Under the pieces are notes generated by a model, which was not told the origin of the DNA, searched no databases, and saw only the letters and a program-made list of their open reading frames with translations. The position numbers were made by a program, and so were the translations under genes. Shown here one piece after another: positions 1 through 11,674 of a stretch of DNA of 64,000 bases; within the stretch, counting starts at the first letter, position 1, and each line of letters starts with the position of its first letter. The DNA is from an uncultured Planctomycetota bacterium (GTDB taxonomy: Bacteria > Planctomycetota > Planctomycetia > Isosphaerales > Isosphaeraceae), in assembly GCA_963845755.1 (NCBI GenBank), contig CAWJTV010000034.1, positions 128,001 through 192,000 of the forward strand, in the 5' to 3' direction.

Positions 1-923
1 TCGGGACTCTGGCGCAGGTCGGCGGGGATCGCGCCGGTGTCGGCGACCTTCTTGAACTCGTAAGGACCCGAATCGGTCCCCTTGAATAGCCAGATCGAGT
101 TGTCGAAGGCGCAGTTGGTGAAGCCGTAATTGTTCTCCGGCTTGAGGCTCCAGCGTACCTCCAGTGGCGCCAGGCCCGTCTTGCCAACCTGAAGCGGTTG
201 GCGGTTCTTGAAGTCCCAGACGACCAGCTCGCTGCCGAAATCTTTCAAGTCCATGTTCGCCAGCGGCTTCTTGTAGTTGCGCAACGGCGTGAAGCTACTC
301 GTTACCATGCGGTTCAGCGACGGCTTGATGGCCACGTCGTAGCCATAAGGCGCCTTCTCGGGTTGCTCGATCCGGCGGATGAACTTGCCGTCGTTGGTGA
401 ACTCAGCCAGGCCCGTCGGCAGGCCGCCGCTGGATGAGCCGAGGAAGCTGATCAGCATCCGGCCCGGTAGCGCGTAATAGCTGTGAGGGCCGGATAACCC
501 GGATAACTCGGGGACGTTCTCCAGCACCTTTTCCACCTTAGGCCTGGCCGGGTCGGTCGCAACATCCAGGATCCAGATCCGGCTCGAGAACAGACCGCCC
601 GCCCAGATCTTCGTCCGGTCGTCGGTGTAGCCCCAGTGGTGCGTCTCGTTCCCCTTGGTGCCCAGGTCCACGCTATGCAGGATCGTGCCGAAGGTCGCGC
701 TATCCGGATTCACGTCGATGACCGTCATGAAATCATTGTCTTTCGCATCCGCGTTAACGCAGAAGACATAAAGGTATTTCTCGGGGCGATCCAGCCGTTT
801 GACGAACGGCGACAGGCAAGTCTCCGCCGGTGACCGAGTGGGCGGGATCAGCGCGGCCGATGCTATCGCGAACAGGGCCAGGCCCAGAAGCCGACCTCGG
901 TGATTCCTCGACCGCTGTGCCAT
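1..923 (-). CDS. Methanethiol oxidase (MtoX)/selenium-binding protein SBP56 family, secreted; truncated at window edge
   Basis: Hand translation from ATG 923 (not in ORF track): signal peptide, then ETCLSPF, GNETHHWGYTDDR, GPHSYYALPGRML, YGYDVAIKP, PLEVRWSLKPE, collinear with MtoX as I recall it; frame stays open to base 1. Confidence 0.85.
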   Translation of the reverse strand, partial: MAQRSRNHRGRLLGLALFAIASAALIPPTRSPAETCLSPFVKRLDRPEKYLYVFCVNADAKDNDFMTVIDVNPDSATFGTILHSVDLGTKGNETHHWGYTDDRTKIWAGGLFSSRIWILDVATDPARPKVEKVLENVPELSGLSGPHSYYALPGRMLISFLGSSSGGLPTGLAEFTNDGKFIRRIEQPEKAPYGYDVAIKPSLNRMVTSSFTPLRNYKKPLANMDLKDFGSELVVWDFKNRQPLQVGKTGLAPLEVRWSLKPENNYGFTNCAFDNSIWLFKGTDSGPYEFKKVADTGAIPADLRQSP

Positions 924-973
924 CGTTCGTCCTCCTCGTTGCGAGCGTCCCAAATGCAATGAATCCCATCGTG

Positions 974-1426
974 TCAGGAACTGACCTGGCTGATCTCGCG
1001 TTCGCTCGATTCCGCGGGCGTCGGGGCGGGGGCCCGACCTGGCCATCGGGGCGGCGCCAGGATGAACGTGCCCAGGACGACCAGCCCGAACAGGATGTAG
1101 ATCACGGTGAAGCCCCACGGCGGGGCATCGTAGAATATCAGTTGATGCGCCCAGTGACCGATGAAATCGCCCGAATAGCCGGCCTGTCCGGCCGCGGTCC
1201 GGAGCTGGTCCTCCCACGAAGTGAGCGGGCACTTCATCCCGACGAACTCCTCGGCGACGACGATCCCGATCATGGTCAGATGGATCGAACGGAACCAGAA
1301 GTTGCGAATCCAATCCCACCGGAACCCGATCCCGATCAAGATCGCTCCCAGGCCCAGGACGATAAAGCTTGCGTAAGCCGCGTGTATTGCAACGATCAGG
1401 TCCGCGAGCAGTTTGGCCCAGGGCAT
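974..1426 (-). CDS. DUF2784 family membrane protein
   Basis: LADLIVAIHAAY...WFRSIHL...CPLTSWE...GDFIGHW pattern; GAAGGAGG RBS before ATG 1426. Confidence 0.8.
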   Translation of the reverse strand: MPWAKLLADLIVAIHAAYASFIVLGLGAILIGIGFRWDWIRNFWFRSIHLTMIGIVVAEEFVGMKCPLTSWEDQLRTAAGQAGYSGDFIGHWAHQLIFYDAPPWGFTVIYILFGLVVLGTFILAPPRWPGRAPAPTPAESSEREISQVSS

Positions 1427-1485
1427 GGCTGGCCTCCTTCGACATAGAGCCCTTCCGCCCAGTGTGCGATGATCCGCCTCAACGT

Positions 1486-2728
1486 TCAAGGAGCGGCCGG
1501 AGGAAGGTCTCGCCCGAATGCCCCATCGGCGGCGCGGCAGATGTGGATCTCCGGGGTGATGCCGGTGTCCCGGGCGTACTTTGTCCGGACGGCTTCGGCG
1601 AAATCGCCGGTGCGGTCAGTATGGACCAGGTTGACGGTGCAACCAGCCCAGCCGGCACCGGAGAGCTTCCCACCGAGGTAGCCGGGGGCGGCTTCGGCCG
1701 CCTCGATCAGCGCATCGAGCGCCGTGCGAGCTGTTTTCGAAGTCGTCGCGGCTGGAGGCGTGTGAGGCCGACATCAGCCGGCCGAACGCCAGGACATCGC
1801 CCGCCTTCAGCGCCTCAACTCCCGCACGCACCCGCTCGTTCTCGCTCAGGACGTGACGGGCTCGCTTCCGCCCGATCGGGTCGAGCTGGCTCCAGTCGGC
1901 TTCGAGTTGCTCAAGCGGCACCCACGACAATTGAAATTCCCCGCGATGAGGGATCCGGTCGCGGAACGCTGCCACAACGCGCTCGCACTCCGCGCGCCGC
2001 TGGTTGTACATCCCGTCGGCCAGGCGACGGGAGGTCTGGGAATCGCAAATCACGATCGCCGGCGCCGGATTGCCCAGGGGCAACCGGTCGTGCTCAAGGC
2101 TCCCGCAATTGAGGAACAGGGCATGATCGGCCCGTCCGAAGAGGCTCGAAAACTGGTCGAGCAGGCCGGAACCAACCCCCACGAATTCGTTCTCCGAGCG
2201 CCGAAGGGTTTTGGCCAGCTCCATGCGACACTGGTCACCCGGGTCGTGCATGAACTCGCGATTCGATCGGCCCGGGACGACATCGAGCTGGATCAGGAAC
2301 CAGGCGATTGCGACCTGGAGGCTCGCGGAACTGGATAATCCTGCACCGAGCGGGATGTCGCCGAAGATGGCCGCTTCGAAGCCCGACTCGAACGGCCCGC
2401 ACGATTCGGTCAAGGCCCAGAAGACGCCTCGGGCATATCGGGGCCAGGTCCCGGCTTCGGTGCGCTCGATCGCATCGAGCGAGAAGGTATCGGACTCATC
2501 AAGATTCAGCGAGAAGAACCGGGACTCCCGGCCATTGATCCCACGCCCCAGTACGATCGTGGAACGATCGATGGCCGCGGCCATGACCAGGCCACCGTTG
2601 TAATCGGTGTGGTTGCCCAGGAGCTCCACCCGACCGGGAGCCCAGCCGAGCACCGCCGGCTCGGCGCGGAACTGGGCTGTGAACGCCGCTCGGGCTCGAG
2701 GCAACAGGTCTTCCCATGCAGCGGGCAT
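1486..2728 (-). CDS. galK: Galactokinase (frameshift near 1725)
   Basis: APGRVELLGNHTDYNGG, PLGAGLSSSA, GLLDQF; C-terminus ALDALIEAAEAAPGYLGGKLSGAGWAGC continues in the adjacent frame to TGA 1486. Confidence 0.9.
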
Positions 2729-2799
2729 AAATGAGCCTGGGATTCCTGTGGCGGGCAACCCCGGTCAGGTCGCGCCGGGGTTCGATGTCGAGTGTGCCA

Positions 2800-2853
2800 G
2801 GGAGGTGGGCTCCGGCCTGGGCCATGCCGGCTCAGGCGGAGCCTCGTCATCCC
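2800..2853. repeat. Imperfect REP-like palindrome between metK and galK
   Basis: GGCTCCG-GCCTGGGCC ... GGCTCAGGC-GGAGCC imperfect stem flanked by GGGA/TCCC. Confidence 0.45.
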
Positions 2854-2861
2854 GAACATGT

Positions 2862-4058
<1,197 letters not shown>

Positions 4059-4172
4059 GGAAAAGAGTCTCCTGACGGTCGATCTTCGATTGTCCCGGGC
4101 CGATGATGGAGGGAGCACCAACGTATTCTGATTGGCGAATCGGCCCTCCAGACGGCCATCGTTATGGTTCTG

Positions 4173-4201
4173 AGTTTAGCAAGACCTCGTCAGAATGGGA
4201 A
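4173..4201 (-). promoter_or_regulatory. Putative sigma70-type promoter of metK
   Basis: TTCCCA-17bp-TAAACT with extended -10 TG on minus strand. Confidence 0.4.
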
Positions 4202-4254
4202 GAATTGCCGGGCCGCATGTCGCCGAAGGACAACACGTCACCGTCGCCCCAAGG

Positions 4255-5143
4255 CTACGACTCATCGGGATCGTCGTCGAAAGCCTCGTGATCGATGTCG
4301 GTTTCCTCGTTCGGCTTCCAGCGTTCCGAGGGAGGTTCGGCGTCGCGATCGCGACGGTACCAGCTCCAGAGCAGGCGGTGGGTTGCATGTTCCAGAAGGG
4401 CCATGGAGCTGGGGAATTCATACTCGACGGGATCGCCATGCTCGAGTATCGAGTGAGTCGAAGTGGTGATATAGGCGGCCTCGGCACGGGCACAGAGGTC
4501 GGCGAGGAAGACCGGGAAGTTCTCCGCGGCCGACTGGGTGAGCCGCTCGCCCAGGTAAGCGTAATTCATCTGATTCTCGACGACGCGGAAGGCGATCCGG
4601 GGGTCGCGGCGGACGATCACGACCTCGCCGACGGGGTCGCGGGGAATCCGGGTCGCACGGGCGCGGCGGCTGGATGGTTGGGGCCTCATCAGGGTCAGTG
4701 CACGGAAGCCGGACACCATCACCGACGGCCATCGCGGCGGTTGGACGTGCCGGTATTCATCCTCGGCGCCGATCCGCCCGGCGCAGATCAGCTCGATGCG
4801 GTCCCAGGGAATCCAGTGGGTCGGCTCTCCACGCAAGCCTTCGATCCGGAAGCCCTCGTCCAGGCAGGCGGCGCGATGGACCGTCCGAGCCGGACTCAGC
4901 TCCGGGAACAGGTCGGTCCGCCAGGCTTCCGCGGCGATCCGGAGCTCAAACAGCCCGTCCAGTACGGAGCGGACTTCCTTCTCCTCGAGGAGCCAGGGCC
5001 AGGTCCCCGGCGACACGCGAAAGGCCCTGCGCAGCATCGGTCGGGTGCATCCCTGTCACTCGACAGACAAGATCTCGGGCCGGCTGGAGTTCCTCGATCG
5101 CCTGGAAGATCACCAGGCGGTAGCGGGCTGAAGTCGTGGGCAT
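4255..5143 (-). CDS. Hypothetical protein (frameshift near 5020)
   Basis: ORFs 4946..5182 and 4255..5037 join into one protein with coding-like codon usage; acidic tail. Confidence 0.65.
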
Positions 5144-5182
5144 GATCGGTGTGGACTCCACAGGCTGCTGGGTCGGCCACAA

Positions 5183-5914
5183 TCAACGACCGCGCCGCGG
5201 GCCGTTCTTCTTCCCGGTCCGCGGGCCGTTTTTCTTCGATTCCTCTTTGCCCTCGGGCCGTTTCGGCAACCGGAACAGCTCGCCGACCTGCACCGAGAAA
5301 CCCGGCAGGACGTCGCCGCCATCCAGTCGCATCGAGGCGGTCAGCCGGGTGAACCGGTCCGGAGCCGTGTAGACATCCACGACCCGGCTCCTGGGTCGAA
5401 CATACCAGACCAGGCAAACGCCCTTTTCGAAATACTCCTGAAGCTTGTCCTCCATCTCTTTTCGGGTGTTGCTGGCACTGATCACCTCCACGGCCAGGTC
5501 GGGGACCAGGAGCGGGACTGCTTCCCTGGAGAACGCGCCCCCCGGCACGCGATCCCATGAGATGAAAGACACGTCGGGGATCCGCACCAGGTTCACGTCG
5601 AGTTGAACCATCCCCCCTTCTCCGGTCACCCATCCTAGCTCTCGCGGGTCAACGAAGTTGCTCAGGTGTTTGCCGATTCTCATGGCAATGTAGGAGTCTT
5701 CTCGTCCGACGGCTTTCCTCACCAAGATACCATCGACCAATTCGTAGAAACGGTCCTCATGAGCATCCAGACGTATGACGTCCTCGACGGTGCCGCAACC
5801 CGGGCGAGGATCCTGGCGGATGCGTTCGAAAGGGATTGGGCCGAACCGTCGATAGAGATCGGCGACGGTCCAGACCATATGCGGCGGCTTCCTGACGGCA
5901 CTGGGTGCGGCCAT
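5183..5914 (-). CDS. Uma2 family (DUF820) PD-(D/E)XK endonuclease
   Basis: YELVDGIL, RIPDVSF, PDLAVEVISASNT, VLPGFSV. Confidence 0.9.
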   Translation of the reverse strand: MAAPSAVRKPPHMVWTVADLYRRFGPIPFERIRQDPRPGCGTVEDVIRLDAHEDRFYELVDGILVRKAVGREDSYIAMRIGKHLSNFVDPRELGWVTGEGGMVQLDVNLVRIPDVSFISWDRVPGGAFSREAVPLLVPDLAVEVISASNTRKEMEDKLQEYFEKGVCLVWYVRPRSRVVDVYTAPDRFTRLTASMRLDGGDVLPGFSVQVGELFRLPKRPEGKEESKKNGPRTGKKNGPRRGR

Positions 5915-6200
5915 GGCGAAGACCCTTCAGGGATCGAGAATTGGGGCCAAGAGGTATCCTAACACGATTATCGCGGAGAGCCAATCGCCACCAGGAGTTC
6001 GGAGCCGGAACGGCCGCGGTCCGGCGATGGCCCCGGCCCCGCGGGCTGGACCCGGCATGCGACGCCGGACCGGCGAGGGGTTTCCCGACGCCTGTCTTGT
6101 GGTACGCTGTGAGAGGACTCGAATCCGCGAGGCTCAACGCCGATGGCGGCCGGGTTGAGCCTGCCGGCTCGCTGCCTTCAACTTCGTAAGGGAATGACCG

Positions 6201-7112
6201 TTGCGCCAGATCGGAACCTTGCCCAAAGGACCAGACCCAAAGGTCCTGACCGACCATCTCTTTTCTCTCGGGATCAAGGCCCGGCTCGACGAGCGGCCCG
6301 AGGGGTGGGACGTCTGGATCTTCAACGAAGACCAGGTCGCTCTCGCGCACGACGAGCTGCGGGAGTACCTCAGCCGCCCCGATGACCCGCGGTTCCGCGC
6401 TTCGGCCCCAACCGCCGCGGCGATCCGGCGCAAGCAAGAGGATCTCGACAAGCAATATCGTAAGAATTTCCGCGAGGCCAGCGACCTCTGGGCCGTGCCC
6501 GGCTTCCGTCGCCGACCCATCACGTCCCTCCTGGTCGCGGCCTGCATCGTCATCTTCATCCTGCAACGTTCGTCGCAAGGATCCGTCGTCGAGCAACGAC
6601 TCTTCTTCTCCTCGTACGAGCGCCAGGGTGGGGAACGTCGGAGTCACGGACTGGACGACATCCAACGAGGCGAAGTCTGGCGATTGATCACTCCTATCCT
6701 CATGCATGGTAATATTTTGCATCTTCTCTTCAACATGTCCTGGCTCACCGGGCTGGGGACGATGATCGAGATTCGCCGGGGGACTCTCCGGCTCGCCGGG
6801 CTGGTCCTGATCGCGGCGGTCATCTCCAATACCGGCCAATTCCTTTACATGGAACAGGCCGATCCCGGAGAGGCCCACCCCTTCTATGGCATGTCGGGAG
6901 TTGTCTACGCGCTCTTCGGCTACGTCTGGATGAAAGGGCTCTATGAGCCCGAGCAGAGGATGATCATGCACCCCAACGGCGTCCTCATGATGATGATGTG
7001 GCTGTTCCTCTGCATGACCGACAGCATGTCCAGTCTGATTGGCCCGGTTGCCAACGCGGCGCATGTGATGGGGTTGGTCGTGGGGGTGACGCTCGGCGTC
7101 TTTCGGTATTAG
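6201..7112 (+). CDS. Rhomboid family intramembrane serine protease (GlpG-like)
   Basis: WRLITPILMHG..HLLFNM, catalytic GMSG and ANAAH..GL; soluble N-terminal domain. Confidence 0.9.
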   Translation: MRQIGTLPKGPDPKVLTDHLFSLGIKARLDERPEGWDVWIFNEDQVALAHDELREYLSRPDDPRFRASAPTAAAIRRKQEDLDKQYRKNFREASDLWAVPGFRRRPITSLLVAACIVIFILQRSSQGSVVEQRLFFSSYERQGGERRSHGLDDIQRGEVWRLITPILMHGNILHLLFNMSWLTGLGTMIEIRRGTLRLAGLVLIAAVISNTGQFLYMEQADPGEAHPFYGMSGVVYALFGYVWMKGLYEPEQRMIMHPNGVLMMMMWLFLCMTDSMSSLIGPVANAAHVMGLVVGVTLGVFRY

Positions 7113-7151
7113 CTCGATAGACAGGCCCTGAGAGAAATCGGGAGCCGCTCC

Positions 7152-8426
7152 ATGGGGTCACCGCGGATGATCGAGGGTGCGCCGGGGGCCGCCGTGATCG
7201 GTGGCGGGTTCATCGGCCCCGTCCACGTCGAGGCGTTGCGGCGGATCGGCGTTGAGGTTGTCGGCCTCCTGGGCCGGTCGGCCGAACACACGGCCGATCT
7301 GGCGCGGCGGCTGGGCATCGCCCGAATCTACCGGGATCTGGGCGAGCTCCTGGATGATCGGCGGGTGGGAGTTGTGCACATCGCGTCACCCAATGCTCAC
7401 CACTTCGAGCAGGCGCGGAGGGTACTGGAGTCGGGGCGCCACGTGATCTGCGAGAAGCCGCTGGCGACCTCGAGCGAGGAAACGGCGGCTTTGCGGGCGC
7501 TGGCCCGGTCGCGGCCGGAGCAAGCCGCCGCGGTCAACTACAACGTCCGCTACTATCCCCTCTGTCACGAGATCCGCGAGCGGATCGCCAGCGGCGACCT
7601 GGGCCGCGTGCTCAGCGTCACCGGCTCGTACGTCCAGGACTGGCTGCTCTACCCCGAGGACTTCAACTGGCGCGTCGAGCCCGACGGCGGGACGAACCTC
7701 CGCGCCGTGGCCGATATCGGCACTCACTGGATGGACCTGGCCCAGTTCCTCATCGGCATGCCAATCCGCGCGGTCAATGCCGACCTGGCCACGTTCCATC
7801 CTCGCCGGTTCAAGCCCGTCGGTCCAACCGATACGTTCCAAGGCGCCACGGGAGCCTCCGGGCCGCGACCCACCGAGGCTGTCGAGGTCCGGACCGAGGA
7901 CCATGGCGCGGTGCTCCTCCGGTTCGACGCGGGCGCACGAGGGGCCTTCCATGTCTCCCAGGTGACCGCCGGCCGCAAGAACCGGCTCACGATCGAGATC
8001 GCCGCCACCGAGGCGGCCGTCGCCTGGGACAGCGAGTCGCCCAACCAGCTCTGGATCGGGTCGCGGCGCGGGCCCAATCAACTCCTCGAACGCGACCCCG
8101 CCCTGCTCCATCCGGACGCGGCGGCGATCAGCCACTATCCCGGCGGTCATGCCGAGGGATTCCCGGATACCTTCAAACAGCTCTACCTCGACGTCTACAG
8201 TTGGATCGTCGAGGGCCGTAAGGCCGGGCGGAAACCTACCTTTCCCACGTTCGCCGATGGGGACTGGGAGGTCGGACTCTGCGAGGCGATCGCCCGCAGC
8301 GCCGCCGAATCGCGATGGGTCTCGATGTCTGAGGTACTTCTCCACACAGAGGATGCTCCCCCACCGGCCGCCTCGCCGTCGCGATCGGAAACGGGGGATG
8401 CCGAATCCGTGAAAAACGGGGGCTGA
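7152..8426 (+). CDS. Gfo/Idh/MocA family oxidoreductase
   Basis: [23 protein letters not shown]. Confidence 0.9.
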   Translation: MGSPRMIEGAPGAAVIGGGFIGPVHVEALRRIGVEVVGLLGRSAEHTADLARRLGIARIYRDLGELLDDRRVGVVHIASPNAHHFEQARRVLESGRHVICEKPLATSSEETAALRALARSRPEQAAAVNYNVRYYPLCHEIRERIASGDLGRVLSVTGSYVQDWLLYPEDFNWRVEPDGGTNLRAVADIGTHWMDLAQFLIGMPIRAVNADLATFHPRRFKPVGPTDTFQGATGASGPRPTEAVEVRTEDHGAVLLRFDAGARGAFHVSQVTAGRKNRLTIEIAATEAAVAWDSESPNQLWIGSRRGPNQLLERDPALLHPDAAAISHYPGGHAEGFPDTFKQLYLDVYSWIVEGRKAGRKPTFPTFADGDWEVGLCEAIARSAAESRWVSMSEVLLHTEDAPPPAASPSRSETGDAESVKNGG

Positions 8427-8431
8427 CGATC

Positions 8432-9349
8432 ATGAAGCTCGGATTCGTCTCGGCGATCTTGCCGGATTACACGCTGGAGCAAGTCTTTCGCTTCGCTCAC
8501 GACTCGGGCTTCTCGAGCGTCGAGCTGATGTGCTGGCCGCCCGGCAAGTCCGAACGCCGCTACGCCGGAGTCACCCACATCGATGTGACCAACCTTTCGA
8601 TGGATGCGATCGCGAAGATCCAGGACCTCATGACGATCCAGCAGGTGGCGATCTCGGGGCTGGGGTATTATCCGAATGCATTGTCGGCCGACCGGGCCGA
8701 AACCGAGGTCGCCGTGACGCACCTTCGTCAGGTCATCGATGCCGCCGCGGCCCTGAGAGTCGGCGTCGTGAACACGTTCGTCGGCCGCGATCCATCCCTG
8801 TCGGTGGACGACAACTGGCCGCGGTTCCTGGAGGTCTGGCGACCTTTGATCGCCCATGCTGAGAGCCGGAACGTCCAGATCGGCATCGAGAACTGCCCGA
8901 TGCTGTTCAGTCGGGACGAATGGCCCGGCGGCAAGAACTTGGCGACCTCACCGTCGATCTGGAGGCGGATGTTCCAGGACATCCCCAGCCCGAACTTCGG
9001 ACTGAATTTCGACCCCTCGCATTTCATCTGGCAGCAGATGGACTACCTGGCCCCACTCGCCGAGTTCCGCGACCGAATCTTCCACGTCCACGCCAAGGAC
9101 GCCCGGATCGATCAGGCCGCCATCAACCAGCACGGGGTCCTGGCCTATCCCAAGCTCTGGCACATACCGAAGATCCCCGGTTTGGGCGACGTCCGCTGGG
9201 GTGCCTTCCTGGGCGCCCTGAGCGACATCGGTTACACGGGACACGTCGCCATCGAGGTCGAAGATCGGGCATTCGAGGGCTCGCTCGAGTCGCGGCTCGA
9301 ATCGCTGCTGATCAGCCGGCGGTACCTGCTCCAGTATTGCAGCGGTTAG
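8432..9349 (+). CDS. Sugar phosphate isomerase/epimerase (xylose isomerase-like TIM barrel)
   Basis: IGIENCP, NFDPSH, HVHAKD, IEVED; 5 bp after the oxidoreductase. Confidence 0.88.
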   Translation: MKLGFVSAILPDYTLEQVFRFAHDSGFSSVELMCWPPGKSERRYAGVTHIDVTNLSMDAIAKIQDLMTIQQVAISGLGYYPNALSADRAETEVAVTHLRQVIDAAAALRVGVVNTFVGRDPSLSVDDNWPRFLEVWRPLIAHAESRNVQIGIENCPMLFSRDEWPGGKNLATSPSIWRRMFQDIPSPNFGLNFDPSHFIWQQMDYLAPLAEFRDRIFHVHAKDARIDQAAINQHGVLAYPKLWHIPKIPGLGDVRWGAFLGALSDIGYTGHVAIEVEDRAFEGSLESRLESLLISRRYLLQYCSG

Positions 9350-9400
9350 GGGCTGCTTCGGTCCAGTCTTCCGGGTTCAGAAAGTCTACGATTTATCAAC

Positions 9401-9441
9401 GGAACACCGAACACGGAACACCAAGCGAGCGGAGCGAGCGG
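9401..9441. repeat. Short tandem repeats (G/C)GAACAC x3 and AGCGAGCGG x2
   Basis: Direct reading of intergenic sequence. Confidence 0.6.
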
Positions 9442-9443
9442 AC

Positions 9444-10538
9444 ATGACGGATGGATCGGCTGAGAAACGGGACCTCGACCTGTCGGTCCTGGTCCCGGTT
9501 TACAACGAGGTTGACAACGTCGAGCCGCTGTACGACGAGCTGGATGCGGTCCTGCGCCGGCAGTCGCTCCGCTACGAGCTGATCTTCGTCGACGACGGCT
9601 CGTCCGACGGTACGGCCGCGCGGCTCGAGGCGATCCAGCGGAGAGATCCCGCGCATGTACGGGCCGCATTCCTGCGTCGGAACTGCGGCCAGACGGCAGC
9701 CCTCTCGGCCGCACTCGACCTGGCTCGGGGCGAGATCCTCATCCCGATGGACGGCGACCGTCAGAACGACCCGGCCGACATCCCCCGCCTCCTGGAGGCA
9801 CTCGGTGCGGGCTACGACGTGGTCTCCGGCTGGCGGAAAGACCGGAAGGATGCCCTGATCTCACGAAAGTTCCCGTCGTGGATGGCCAACCGCCTGATTG
9901 CGCGGCTCTCCGGCGTGCCGTTGCACGACTTCGGCTGCACGATGAAAGCCTATCGACGTCACATGCTCGAAGGCGTCCGGCTTTATGGCGAGATGCACCG
10001 GTTCATCCCGATCTTCGCCAGTTGGCAAGGCGCGCGGGTCACTGAGCTGGTCGTCCACCACCGCCCGCGCACCGCCGGCAAGACCAAGTACGGAATCGGA
10101 CGAACCTTCCACGTTGTCCTCGACCTCATCCTGATCCGCTTCTTTCAGCGCTACTCCCAACGTCCGCTTCACTTCTTCGGCCAGTTCGGGCTCTGGTCGT
10201 TCGGGTTGAGCATCCTCTGCTTCATGACGATGCTCTACTTCAAATATATCTTCCCTTGGCCCTCTCTCCTGTGGGGCTCCGATCCTACGCTCAAGGGGAA
10301 ACCCTTCGTCGAGACCCCCCTGCCCTCCCTGACGGTGATGTTCTTCCTGTCCGGTATCGTCAGCATCCTGCTGGGCATCCTGGCCGAAATCATCATGCGT
10401 ACCTACTATGAGTCGCAGGGCAAGACCACCTACCTGCTGCGCGAGGTGCGCCAAGGACCCCCGCCGGATCAGGACAAGCCCCAGGAGGTCCGCCCTGAAG
10501 ATCCCGGTCCCAGTCGAAATCAGAGGGTGAGACTATGA
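9444..10538 (+). CDS. Glycosyltransferase family 2 (polyprenol-phosphate transferase, ArnC/DPM-like)
   Basis: VPVYNE, FVDDGSSDGT, DGDRQNDPADIP, HDFGC, MHRFIP, two C-terminal TM segments. Confidence 0.9.
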   Translation: MTDGSAEKRDLDLSVLVPVYNEVDNVEPLYDELDAVLRRQSLRYELIFVDDGSSDGTAARLEAIQRRDPAHVRAAFLRRNCGQTAALSAALDLARGEILIPMDGDRQNDPADIPRLLEALGAGYDVVSGWRKDRKDALISRKFPSWMANRLIARLSGVPLHDFGCTMKAYRRHMLEGVRLYGEMHRFIPIFASWQGARVTELVVHHRPRTAGKTKYGIGRTFHVVLDLILIRFFQRYSQRPLHFFGQFGLWSFGLSILCFMTMLYFKYIFPWPSLLWGSDPTLKGKPFVETPLPSLTVMFFLSGIVSILLGILAEIIMRTYYESQGKTTYLLREVRQGPPPDQDKPQEVRPEDPGPSRNQRVRL

Positions 10539-10744
10539 GAATACGTATCCTCTTGAGTTCGCCCAAGGTCGATGAGACACCTCCAACGCGCCGTCCTCCT
10601 CTCACGGTAGACGGCCTGGGTATTACCCGAGCCGAGGGCCTGGCCCGTCTTCGGGAAGCGATCGAGCGGCGAATGATGGAGGGAGAATCCGTAGCTCAGG
10701 TTTTCCAGCCTGACGGCACCGGAACGTCAGGCTGGAACGCCTGA
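10535..10744 (+). CDS. Small hypothetical protein, weakly HicB-antitoxin-like
   Basis: ATGA overlap with the GT2 gene; GITRAEGLARLREAIE resembles the HicB G-T-EEA-L-EAI helix. Confidence 0.3.
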   Translation: MRIRILLSSPKVDETPPTRRPPLTVDGLGITRAEGLARLREAIERRMMEGESVAQVFQPDGTGTSGWNA

Positions 10745-11491
10745 CCTAGGAACAGACCGATACCACTCCAGCTCCCCAGGCAGGTTCTCTGCGGCGTACT
10801 CCAGGTGGATCACTCGGCGATGCCCCGGGCCGGTCCCCGACGCCGAGGCGTGCAGGATCAACGGCCGCATGATGACGACTCCTCCGGCCGGGACGAGGCA
10901 ATCGACGGCCAGCGCACCGGCGCGAGACGCCCAGACCGCGATCGCGCCGGCATCAAGCTTGCCCGAAGCGTGCGAGCCGGGCAGGACCCGCATTGGCCCG
11001 CTCTCCAGACCGCAATCGTCGAGATGGAGCCGGATCGTCACCATCCGCGCGAGCAGGTCTGCGGGCGCGTGAACGTGCGGAATCCCTCCCTTGAGCGTCC
11101 AGGGGCCGAAACCGGGCACTTCACGCCGGGCACGGACGGCGATCGTCAGATCCTGATGCCATGGCAAGTTCCAGTTGGCGGTCGGTGTCTTGTCGAAGAA
11201 CAGCCCGCGAACCGCAAACGATCCCGGTCCGAGGATCGTCTCGGTGATGCCGGTCAACTCGCGGGATTGGGCCAATTGGCGAACATCCTCGATCCGCCAG
11301 AGTAGATCGCGACCGCCGTAGACCTCGCCGCGACGGTCGAGCAGGCCGTCGTGGCCGCCCGTCGCGTACATCTGGGTCGCCTCGATCAGCTCGACCACAC
11401 GATCAGTCGACGTGATTTGGTCCAGAATCGCATATCCGTCGCGGTCGAGGCGCTCGCGACAATCCCGGGCCTGCTCCACAACCGCGGTCAT
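10727..11491 (-). CDS. Phytanoyl-CoA dioxygenase (PhyH) family Fe(II)/2-OG oxygenase
   Basis: FDKTP..NW.LPWHQD (HxD), RLHLDD, VLPGSH, ILHAS, RRVIHLEY. Confidence 0.88.
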   Translation of the reverse strand: MTAVVEQARDCRERLDRDGYAILDQITSTDRVVELIEATQMYATGGHDGLLDRRGEVYGGRDLLWRIEDVRQLAQSRELTGITETILGPGSFAVRGLFFDKTPTANWNLPWHQDLTIAVRARREVPGFGPWTLKGGIPHVHAPADLLARMVTIRLHLDDCGLESGPMRVLPGSHASGKLDAGAIAVWASRAGALAVDCLVPAGGVVIMRPLILHASASGTGPGHRRVIHLEYAAENLPGELEWYRSVPRSGVPA

Positions 11492-11674
11492 GCCCCATCC
11501 CCCCCTTATGGCGGTCGCCGGACGGAACCGGCTCTCGGATGTGGAGTTTCCACGAAATCCGAAACCTTGGCCAGTCCACTTGGCCGACCGAGGCGACCAA
11601 CCGTTGAGAGGGCACTCCCTGCGGCCAGGCCGGTTCTGGTAAGGTAAAAGGATCTACCCGAGGAGGTTCCAGTC

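Noticed and set aside
4060..4255. Known SAM-I/II/III/SAH riboswitch upstream of metK
   Set aside because: I could not find their consensus cores; kept only as an unclassified leader
5195..5240. Duplicated KKNGPR at the Uma2 C-terminus
   Set aside because: Short local duplication in a low-complexity basic tail with no sign of a wider system
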